DNA of 64,000 nucleotides. It comes from an uncultured Opitutaceae bacterium (GTDB taxonomy: Bacteria; Verrucomicrobiota; Verrucomicrobiia; Opitutales; Opitutaceae). The position numbers were made by a program, and so were the translations under genes. Shown here piece after piece: positions 34,398 through 42,426 of this stretch; within the stretch, counting starts at the first letter, position 1, and the number at the start of each line of letters is the position of its first letter. The notes below the pieces were generated by a model. It was not told where the DNA came from and ran no database searches. It was given only the letters and a program-made list of their open reading frames with translations. The stretch is from positions 1,516 through 65,515 of the forward strand of contig CAJBES010000242.1 in NCBI GenBank assembly GCA_903952145.1. The letters run 5' to 3'.

Positions 34398-34464
34398 TCG
34401 CTACCTGTAGGTATGCGCCCGCGATCGCAGGGCCGGTGGCGTCCACCGCCTACAGGTAGGCGCA
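34398..34464. repeat. inverted doublet of CTAC-NN-GTAG motifs (67 bp) in the divergent TBDR/GNAT intergenic region
   Basis: TCGCTACCTGTAG (34398-410) is the reverse complement of the 13-mer CTACAGGTAGCGA at 37333-45. GCCTACAGGTAGGCGCA (34448-64) is the reverse complement of 37087-103. Confidence 0.6.
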
Positions 34465-34617
34465 GAGTTCCGTCGCCGCGCGCCCGTCCTGTCACCAAGG
34501 AATTTTCACCCACATTCCGCACCGTCTGCATTCTTCCCTTTCCCATCGGATATTGCCTGTCCCGCCTTTTGCCTCTGCCCACTCAGTCCATTTTTCCACC
34601 GCCCAACCTTATCCCCC

Positions 34618-35619
34618 ATGACCTCTCCTGACTTCCTCGTGGATCTGCAGCTCGACACCCTACCCTACCCGCTTGCGGTCATGGCCCGGGATGAACTGAT
34701 CTGCCTGCTGCGCACGGAGTGGACCGCCACCGATTACAACTGGCTCGAGGCCATGCGGGGCGACTACAGCGGACAACTGGCCATAACCTCGGTCGTGGTC
34801 CGCCGCCAAGGCATGCCGCTCGCGACCGCCACCATCCATTTTGCCCGCCTCCAGCCGGAGGTCGCCGTAATCGGCAATGTGCTCACCCTGCGCCAGCATC
34901 GCGACCAAGGCCTAGCCAGCCGGGTGATCGAGGTGGCGCTGAAGCTGGCCTGGGACGCCGGCTGCAAGGTGTGCCTGCTCGGCACCGCGCGCAATCCGCA
35001 CAATGTCTACATGCACCACGGCTTCGCGTGGGAGAACGGGATGGTCATGCGCTGTCATTTCAAGGCTGCGGATTTCGAGCAGAAATGTTTCACCCCCGGC
35101 CAGTCGGCCGTCATCCGGGCCGCACACTGGGGCGATCTGCCCGGCCTGGCCCTGCTGGCGGCCCAGCCCGTCGCCACGATCTGCCTCGATTATCCGCGCG
35201 GACTTTTGTCGGGCCGCTATCTTGCGGCCCAGCGTTGCCTCTCGAATTTTCCCGTGCTCTGGTATGATACCTCCGCCCGGGGCGGTTTGTTGGCCGTGCT
35301 GGCTGGTCCGGAAAACAGCCGGGTCTTCGGTTTCGGCAGCGTGACCCTTACCGCCAACGGCACCCACCCCAGAACGGCGACCGTCGAATTTGCCTCGCAC
35401 GACCATTACGCGCCCCACCTGCCCGCCCTGCTCGCGCACCTGCTCAACGACTGCCGGGAGCGGGAGGTCCGACAGGCCGAGGCGAAGGTGGCCGCCGGTG
35501 ATGAGGCCAAACTCGCGTGCCTCAGCGCCGCAGGCTTCACCGTCACCGCACGCCTGCCCGCCGCCTTGAAGCTGAACAATGGGCCGATGGATGTGATCCA
35601 GCTCGGCCGCGCACTGTAG
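34618..35619 (+). CDS. GNAT-family N-acetyltransferase (tandem GNAT-like halves)
   Basis: VIGNVLTLRQHRDQGLASRVIEVALKLAWDAGCKVCLLGTARNPHNVYMHHGFAWEN is an acetyl-CoA-binding Q/RxxGxG/A-type block. The C-terminal half is a second, degenerate GNAT-like domain. Confidence 0.75.
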   Translation: MTSPDFLVDLQLDTLPYPLAVMARDELICLLRTEWTATDYNWLEAMRGDYSGQLAITSVVVRRQGMPLATATIHFARLQPEVAVIGNVLTLRQHRDQGLASRVIEVALKLAWDAGCKVCLLGTARNPHNVYMHHGFAWENGMVMRCHFKAADFEQKCFTPGQSAVIRAAHWGDLPGLALLAAQPVATICLDYPRGLLSGRYLAAQRCLSNFPVLWYDTSARGGLLAVLAGPENSRVFGFGSVTLTANGTHPRTATVEFASHDHYAPHLPALLAHLLNDCREREVRQAEAKVAAGDEAKLACLSAAGFTVTARLPAALKLNNGPMDVIQLGRAL

Positions 35620-35747
35620 GGGGATATCAAGCCTCCGCGATTTGTAATTCTGAGACGCAATCCTCTGTTCTGCTTCCCTGAGGCTTTGTCACGTGACAAA
35701 GCGGTCGGGCTTGGTCGGAGTTTTTTGTGCGTGAACTGACCGGTACT

Positions 35748-36910
35748 TCAGCGCCGGATCCAATTCCCGTCGGGCCGTGTCTTGGTCTCGGGCGGCCGGG
35801 GCCAGCCAAACATGCCCAGATCCACCGCACTGCTCCGGCCCGCCATGCGCGCGGCCAGATGCCCTCCCACGGCCGCGGCGCTGGCAAAGCCGTTGCCGCT
35901 CCAGCCGCAATTGCACCAGAAACCGGCGACCCCGCCGATGTTGCCGATAATCGGATGCGCGTCCGGCGTCATGTCGTAGATCGCCGCGAATCCGCCGGCA
36001 TAAACTCCGCGTCGCATCGAGCGGAAACGCTTCTTCAGGTCCTCGCGCAAGGTCTGCAGTTTGGCGGCGGTGATCGTCTCGTCACACTCATCGGGATCAA
36101 CCGGATGGTTCGTCCAGCCGAAGTGCGCCGCCCGCAGGATGTGATCGCCAACCTCGCGGAAGTAAACCTGGTTGACCCCGTCGGAAAAGATCGGGCTGCC
36201 GACGGGAATTGCCTCCGGCCGCTGAAATAAAGCGGTGCCGCCATTGTGCGTCTCGATCGGCAGCTGCACGCCGAGCCCGCCGCCAGCCGCGCCGACCACG
36301 GACCCGCACAGTTCACCACCGTGCGCGTGTGAATGACCCCTTGATCGGTCTCGACCGCCTCGATGCGCGAGCCGCTCGCCCGGAGGCCCGTGACCTGCAC
36401 ACCTTCATGCACCTTCACGCCGAGGCGCTCCGCTGCGCGCGCCAGTGTCCGCGTCGTGAGCACCGGGTCGGCATAGCCTGCCCGCGCCAGCCACAGGCCC
36501 TGCTCGTCGCCGCGGAACTCGGCATCCGGCACCCGCGACCGCAGCGCGCCGACATCCAGAATTTCAAACTGTACCCCGAGTTGCTTCATCAGGTGCAGGT
36601 TTCCCCCGAGATCCGCCTCGCTGAAATTTAGCGTGAACCGCAGGAATCCGCGTTCCACGAAACCGGCATCGCCGCCGACCACTTCATCCCAGCGCTCCAT
36701 CATCTCCGTCGCCTCCATGACGAGCTGGATGTATGGCGCCTCGGTGAAGATGGGCCGCATCATCGCGCCGCTCTTGGCCGTGGGCCCTGACGCCACTCCG
36801 AACTTGTCCACCACGACCACGCGGCCGGCTCCGGCCCTGGCCAGATGAAAGGCGGTCGAGGCCCCGTGCACGCCGGCGCCGATCACGACTACGTCAGCGG
36901 TCTGGTTCAT
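35748..36910 (-). pseudogene. FAD-dependent oxidoreductase (DAO / sarcosine-oxidase-beta-like) interrupted by a 1-nt frameshift
   Basis: The N-terminal part (from ATG 36910) reads MNQTADVVVIGAGVHGASTAFHLARAG...VVNCAGPWSARLAAG. The C-terminal part continues in another frame as GLGVQLPIETHNGGTALF...CGWSGNGFASAAAVGGHLA (ORF 35748..36299). One extra G in the run at about 36276-36278 (minus-strand GCGGCGGGCTC) would restore ...RLAAGLGVQLP... Confidence 0.75.
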
Positions 36911-37086
36911 GAGGCAGCCTCCGCCAGAACGAAATGGACCGCAAGAGTCGCCCGGCGGAAAATCGCCGTGGTTGGGAGGAGACCGGATATCATGGGAAAG
37001 GTGGTTTTGGTATCCAGCCGCCGCGAGGTTGCGGACGGCCCGAGCTGGCAAAGACATGCCCCGTCGCCAACCCGGCAATCTGCGGG

Positions 37087-37345
37087 TGCGCCTACCTGTA
37101 GGCCAGGCGGGAGGGCGCCCACCGTAACAGCACAGCCGCAACCGGGTTGAAGGGATGGGGCACGACCTCCGCTCCGGACGGGCTGTGCATGGTAGACGCA
37201 CGCCAAACAGCCCGTCTGGCCTGCCCTCCGTTGGCCGGGCGCTGCCAATGGCAAAGACTCATCTTTTTAGGTAAGTTTCATTAAGCGGCTACTGCATTTC
37301 AGCACTACAAAGTTGCGCTTCACCCGCGTAAACTACAGGTAGCGA
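37087..37345. repeat. the same two end motifs as 34398-34464, in inverted order, bracketing about 230 bp of hairpin-rich spacer
   Basis: TGCGCCTACCTGTAGGC (37087-103) and CTACAGGTAGCGA (37333-45). Internal inverted repeats: GACGGGCTGT / ACAGCCCGTC and GCACAGCC / GGCTGTGC. Confidence 0.55.
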
Positions 37346-37440
37346 AGCAATACGCTGCCCGCCGCCGCTCGATCCATTATCAATGGCCCGTTAATCTGTT
37401 TCTCTTCCCCAAGCCTTTCCCATATCCACCCTACTGAAAT

Positions 37441-38931
37441 ATGAGCTCCCTGCACGGCATCCTGAACCCATGGAAACCGGAGGCCCTGGAGAAAATCCAT
37501 CAGGCCAGCCTGCAGATACTGGAGCGGACCGGAGTGTGGGTGGGCCACGACGAGGCGCTCGACTCCCTGGAACGCACCGCCGCCCGGGTGGACCGCGCCA
37601 CGAAGATTGTGCGCTTCCCGGCCGCCATGGTGGATGAGATCATGAGGCACGCCCCGGGCAGTTGGGACCGAGTCGGCGGACCGACTCGCGAGTTTTCGGT
37701 GAGCGCCGACTGCGGCGCCCAGCACATCTGGGACTACGCCACGCGACGGGCCCGGCCGGTGGTGGCCCGCGACTTCGCCGATGTCCCGCGCCTGGTGCAG
37801 GCACTCAAGCATATCGATGCCGCCGGCACCCTCGTCCATGCTATGGAGGTGCCCCCGCAGGTGGCCGACATGATCGCCTACCGCCACATGTGGAACCACA
37901 CCGAGAAGAAGGGCGGCGGCGGCCTGGGCCGGAGTCCCAGTTGCTGCGACGCCCTGCATCCGCAGGCCTTCGACTACCTGTGCGAAATGCTGGAGATCAA
38001 GATCGGCGCGGCGAAGATGCGCAGCGACCCCGAGTTCAGCTTCTTCATGGGCGTCGCCAGCCCGCTGCGCTACAGCGAGGACATCCTGAAAATGGCGATG
38101 CACACGATCCGCCGCGGCCAGGTCGTGGGCATTGGCGGCAACTGCAATTGCGGCGTGCAATCCCCGGTCACCCCGGCGGCCAACATCGCTCTGGACCATG
38201 CGGAGCGGCTGGCCGGCATGTGCATCGTCACGGCCATCAAGCCCGACGCGAAGTTCTACTTCTGCAACCACACCTATTTTCTGGACCTGCAGAGCGCAGA
38301 CATCGCCAGTGGCTCTCCAGAGCAGACCCTGCTGGCGCTGCTCGGGCAAAAGGTGCTGGAGCACTGCGGCTTCCGGATCGTAGTGAACCATCCAATCATG
38401 GACATCGGCGCGCATTTCCCGGACGCCCAGGCCGGCGCGGAAAAGATGATGTACGCCCTGCTGACCGCCCTCGGCGGCGCCAATGGCATCGGCGGAGCCG
38501 GCCAGCTGAAGGAAGACTTCTGCTACGAACAGCTCATGGTGGACGACGAGATTGCCGGTTACGTCAAACACCTGATCAAGGGCGCGGAGATCACCGACGA
38601 GACCATCGCGCTTGAAACCATCGTTGAGCAGGGCATCGGCGCCAGCTTCATGGACTGCGACGTCACGCTCGACCACTGGCGGGAAATCTATCATCCGCCG
38701 CACCTCTTCGGCCGGAAACGGAAGTCCGAGTGGATGCGCGACGGAGCCAAGGACATCCTGACGAAGGCCCATGAAAAAGTGGAGGCCACGCTGGCTCGCG
38801 AGACCCCGACCTTCCTCAGCGCCGACCAGCTCGCCGCGATGGACAAACTCATCTTCAAGGCCTGCAAGGAACTGGCCGGAGGCTGGAATCCCGCGCCCTT
38901 CCTGAATCTGGCAGGCCGGTCCGAATCCTGA
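37441..38931 (+). CDS. MttB-superfamily (trimethylamine methyltransferase-like) protein, non-pyrrolysine type
   Basis: 496 aa, uninterrupted (no in-frame TAG). LEKIHQASLQILERTGVWVGHDEALDSLERTAARVDRATKIVRFPAAMVDEIM and the overall length fit MttB family (PF06253-like) proteins. Confidence 0.8.
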   Translation: MSSLHGILNPWKPEALEKIHQASLQILERTGVWVGHDEALDSLERTAARVDRATKIVRFPAAMVDEIMRHAPGSWDRVGGPTREFSVSADCGAQHIWDYATRRARPVVARDFADVPRLVQALKHIDAAGTLVHAMEVPPQVADMIAYRHMWNHTEKKGGGGLGRSPSCCDALHPQAFDYLCEMLEIKIGAAKMRSDPEFSFFMGVASPLRYSEDILKMAMHTIRRGQVVGIGGNCNCGVQSPVTPAANIALDHAERLAGMCIVTAIKPDAKFYFCNHTYFLDLQSADIASGSPEQTLLALLGQKVLEHCGFRIVVNHPIMDIGAHFPDAQAGAEKMMYALLTALGGANGIGGAGQLKEDFCYEQLMVDDEIAGYVKHLIKGAEITDETIALETIVEQGIGASFMDCDVTLDHWREIYHPPHLFGRKRKSEWMRDGAKDILTKAHEKVEATLARETPTFLSADQLAAMDKLIFKACKELAGGWNPAPFLNLAGRSES

Positions 38932-38989
38932 CGCCGCCGGAAGATCATACAGGTAGCAAAACGCCGCACCGGACATGGAATTTTTTCCC

Positions 38990-39003
38990 ACGTGATATCA
39001 CGT
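38990..39003. promoter_or_regulatory. perfect 14-nt palindrome ACGTGATATCACGT, candidate operator upstream of the ABC transporter operon
   Basis: Read directly; about 100 nt upstream of ATG 39106. It shares a CACGTGA core with the 18-nt palindrome at 35684-35701. Confidence 0.35.
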
Positions 39004-39105
39004 CGGTTGCACTACTGGTCGTTCGCGCTTCTAGTGTCCCGTTCCACCCTCGCTGGATTGGTTGCCTGTCGCCCCGTTTTTCCACCCGCGCTTCCTCTCC
39101 CCTGA

Positions 39106-42100
39106 ATGCCCCGTCCCCTTCCCCTGCCGTTCAAGTTCATCGCCGGCTGCTTGGGCGCGGTGCTGGGCATGACGCTGCTGATCGTCGCCGCTGGGGCGTT
39201 TTTCCGGCCGGACCTTTCGCAGGTGCCGCCGATGCCGTCTGCCGCCCAGGCCGCCGCCGCCCGCCAGGCGCGCGACGCGCGGTTGAACCCGGATCATCCG
39301 CCGGTCATCTGGCGCGACGTCGACTACGCCGAGGGTAAACGCGGCGCATGGTGGCCGAAAGGCGAGGCCCCCGTGCTCGCCGGCCTGGTCCGCGAGGGCA
39401 AACTGCCTCCGGTGGCCGAACGCACCGGCCCCGAGCCCATTGTGCTCGAGGGTGTCGAGGGCACCGGCCGCTACGGCGGCACGTGGCACCGGCTCGCGAC
39501 CAATCCGCAGGACCTCGAGGGCGTGATGAGCAGCCGCTACTCCTATGTGACGCTGGTACGTTGGTCCCCGCAGGGCTACCCGATCGTGCCGCATCTCGCG
39601 AAATCGTGGTCGGCCTCGCCTGACCGGCGCACGTGGACCTTCACGCTCCGCCAAGGCCTGCGCTGGTCGGACGGCCATCCCTTCACGACCGATGACATCC
39701 TGTTCTGGTGGAACCACGAGGTGCTCTATTTCAAATCCGACGCAAGCAACGGCGCCGGGGCCGACTACACTTTCATGCGTCACGCCGGCAAGTTCGGGCG
39801 CATCGAGCGCGTGGATGACCTGACGCTGCGCTTCGTGTTCGACGAGCCCAACGGCATCTTCCTGGAGAAGCTGGCCAGTGCGGTGGATTATTTCCGGCCG
39901 GCCCACTACCTGAAGAAATATCATCCCGAGATCGGCGATCAGAAGCTCATCGCGGAGACCATGGCGGCGATGGACCTGCCCAGCGCCTACGCGGTTTACG
40001 CCCGCATGAAGGTTCCGCTCAACCCCGCGCATCCGCGGATGTGGCCTTGGATATATGCGAACTACAAGGCCTCGGCTCCCCAGGTCTTTGTCCGCAATCC
40101 CTACTTCTACGCGGTCGATGCGCAGGGCAACCAGCTGCCCTACCTCGACCGACTCGTCTCCGACATCAAGAGCAAGGGTATGGTGACCGCGGCCGCCGCC
40201 AGCGGCGAACTCTCCTATCAGGACCGGCACATCGACTTCCAGGATTACACCCTGCTGGCCAGCGAGGCGCCGCGGCGCGGCTACCGCCTGCTGCATTCGT
40301 TCGCCGCCTCGCGGGCATGGTTTCACCTGAGCCCGAACCTGAACCGGGCGGTTGATCCGTCGAAACCCGAGACGGCGTGGAAGCACCGGCTCCTCAACGA
40401 AAAAACCTTTCGCCAGGCCCTCTCGCTCGCCATGCGGCGGCGGGAAATCAGCGCCGCGGTCTTCAACGGCGTGGGCGAACCCGCCCAGGTTTCGCCCGGA
40501 CCCGACTCGCCGTATTACAACGAGCGGCAGTACCACGCCTTCACCGACTACGACCCGGTCCGCGCCAACGCCCTGCTCGATGCGCTCGGTCTGATCAAAC
40601 GCGATCACGAGGGCTTCCGCACCTTCCCCGACGGCACGCGCATGGTTTGGTTCCTGAACGTGCCCGAGGAATACCAGCCCGACGCCGCGACGATGCTGGC
40701 GGACCAGTGGGCCGAGGTTGGCGTGCGCGCCCTCGTGCAGGTGCGCGTTCGCACCCTCTGGCAGGTCGAGCAGGCGGCGCTGGTGCACGACTTCACCGTC
40801 TGGGGCGGCCTGGACGAATTCATGGCCGTGCTGCAACCACGCTACTTCGTGCCCGTGAGCGGCGCCTCCTTCTTCGCGCCGATGTGGGGCCGCTGGTACC
40901 AGCGCGGCGGACTGCAGGGCAACCCCGAGGCCCGCGCCGCCGGGCTCGAGGGTCCGCCGCCGGGCCACCCGGCCCGCCGGGCCATGGAACTCTACGATCT
41001 CGCCCTCATTGCGCCCACGGAGAAGGAGCGGCTCGCGCGATTCAACGAGATCCTCGAGATCGCCGCCGACAATCTCTGGACCATCAACCTCGCCACACCC
41101 CCGCCCATGCTCGCGGTCGTGAAGGACGGCTTTCGCAACGTCCCGCCGAACTCCGTGGCTGCAGTCTGTTTCCAAGCCCCCGGCAATCTGGGCATGGAAA
41201 CCTACTTCTGGGACACCCCCAACGATCCGCCCGCCGTCGCGGCACAGATCAAGGAGGCGCTCACGCAACCCGTGCTCCTGCCGCGCGCCTCCGGCGGCCG
41301 GACCGCAGGTGATGCCTTACCCTGGAGCGGACGCCTTCTGGCCTGGGGGATCTGGCTCGGCGCCATCCTGGGTCTGGTGCTGCTCGGCCTGCGCCACCCA
41401 TTCGTCTGGCGGCGCCTGCTCACGCTGGTGCCCACGCTTCTGTTCATCTCCGTCATCGTGTTCACCCTCGTGCAACTGCCCCCCGGCGATTACGTGACTT
41501 CGAAGGTCATGGAGTTGTCGCTCAACGGTGACCCCAGCGCCGCCGCCCAGGTGGAGGACATCAAGCAGAGTTTCTTCTACGACGACCCGCCGTGGAAACA
41601 GTACGCCCGCTGGATGGGCTTCATGTGGTTCACCTCCTTCGAGGCGCAGGACAGCGGCCTGTTGCAGGGCAACCTCGGCCGCTCGATGGAGCGCAACCAG
41701 GCGGTCAACGAGATCCTCGGCGACCGCCTCCTGCTGACCATGGCAATCTCGTTTTGCACGATCCTGTTTACCTGGGGCGTGGCCCTGCCCATTGGCATCT
41801 ACTCGGCCGTGCGGCCCTACACCGTCGGCGACTACGTGCTCACCTTGCTCGGCTTCGTCGGCATGTCGGTGCCGCCCTTTCTCTTCGCCCTCGTGCTGAT
41901 GTACTTCAGCTCCGAATATTTTGGTGTCAGCGTCTCCGGCCTCTTCAGTGTTCGCTACGCCTCCGACCCGGTCTGGTCCTGGGGCAAGCTCATCGACCTG
42001 CTCCAGCACCTCTGGGTTCCCGTCATCGTCCTCGGGGCCGGCAGCACGGCGGTGATGATCCGCGTGCTGCGCGCCAACCTCCTCGACGAATTGAAGAAGC

Positions 42101-42426
42101 CCTACGTGGTCGCCGCCCGCGCCAAGGGCGTGCGACCCCTCAGGCTCCTGCTGAAATACCCCGTGCGCATGGCCCTCAATCCCTTCGTCTCCGGCCTGGC
42201 CGGGCTCTTCCCCCAACTCGTTTCCGGCGGCGCCATCGTCGCCCTCGTCCTCAGCCTGCCGACGGTCGGCCCCCTACTGATGCTTGGGCTCATGAATGAG
42301 GATACCTATTTCGCCGCCTCGATGCTCATGGTCCTCAGCGTCCTCGGCGTGCTTGGCACAATTGTCAGCGACCTGCTCCTGCTCTGGCTCGACCCCCGCA
42401 TCCGCCTCGGAGGTGGCAGCCGATGA
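39106..42426 (+). CDS. fusion protein: membrane-anchored family-5 (Dpp/Opp-type) substrate-binding domain plus DppB/OppB-like ABC permease
   Basis: 1106 aa. N-terminal TM FIAGCLGAVLGMTLLIVAAGAFF. SBP_bac_5-like body: LVRWSPQGYPIVPHLAKSWSASPDRRTWTFTLRQGLRWSDGHPFTTDD. Extra TM LLAWGIWLGAILGLVLLGL (about 41338-41397). Then a complete permease from FVWRRLLTLVPTLLFISVIVFTLVQLPPGDY (41401) onward. Confidence 0.85.
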   Translation: MPRPLPLPFKFIAGCLGAVLGMTLLIVAAGAFFRPDLSQVPPMPSAAQAAAARQARDARLNPDHPPVIWRDVDYAEGKRGAWWPKGEAPVLAGLVREGKLPPVAERTGPEPIVLEGVEGTGRYGGTWHRLATNPQDLEGVMSSRYSYVTLVRWSPQGYPIVPHLAKSWSASPDRRTWTFTLRQGLRWSDGHPFTTDDILFWWNHEVLYFKSDASNGAGADYTFMRHAGKFGRIERVDDLTLRFVFDEPNGIFLEKLASAVDYFRPAHYLKKYHPEIGDQKLIAETMAAMDLPSAYAVYARMKVPLNPAHPRMWPWIYANYKASAPQVFVRNPYFYAVDAQGNQLPYLDRLVSDIKSKGMVTAAAASGELSYQDRHIDFQDYTLLASEAPRRGYRLLHSFAASRAWFHLSPNLNRAVDPSKPETAWKHRLLNEKTFRQALSLAMRRREISAAVFNGVGEPAQVSPGPDSPYYNERQYHAFTDYDPVRANALLDALGLIKRDHEGFRTFPDGTRMVWFLNVPEEYQPDAATMLADQWAEVGVRALVQVRVRTLWQVEQAALVHDFTVWGGLDEFMAVLQPRYFVPVSGASFFAPMWGRWYQRGGLQGNPEARAAGLEGPPPGHPARRAMELYDLALIAPTEKERLARFNEILEIAADNLWTINLATPPPMLAVVKDGFRNVPPNSVAAVCFQAPGNLGMETYFWDTPNDPPAVAAQIKEALTQPVLLPRASGGRTAGDALPWSGRLLAWGIWLGAILGLVLLGLRHPFVWRRLLTLVPTLLFISVIVFTLVQLPPGDYVTSKVMELSLNGDPSAAAQVEDIKQSFFYDDPPWKQYARWMGFMWFTSFEAQDSGLLQGNLGRSMERNQAVNEILGDRLLLTMAISFCTILFTWGVALPIGIYSAVRPYTVGDYVLTLLGFVGMSVPPFLFALVLMYFSSEYFGVSVSGLFSVRYASDPVWSWGKLIDLLQHLWVPVIVLGAGSTAVMIRVLRANLLDELKKPYVVAARAKGVRPLRLLLKYPVRMALNPFVSGLAGLFPQLVSGGAIVALVLSLPTVGPLLMLGLMNEDTYFAASMLMVLSVLGVLGTIVSDLLLLWLDPRIRLGGGSR

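Noticed and set aside
37100-37440. Possible cobalamin riboswitch upstream of mttB
   Set aside because: I looked on both strands for the B12-box-like core (…GCCACTG… with preceding GGTG..AA.TCC… and AAGGGAA-type elements). Only a GAAGGGA string is present, without the other conserved parts. A covariance-model scan would be decisive.
37441-38931. Pyrrolysine (in-frame TAG) recoding in the MttB homolog
   Set aside because: The ORF is continuous from ATG to TGA with no in-frame amber codon, so this is a non-Pyl family member.
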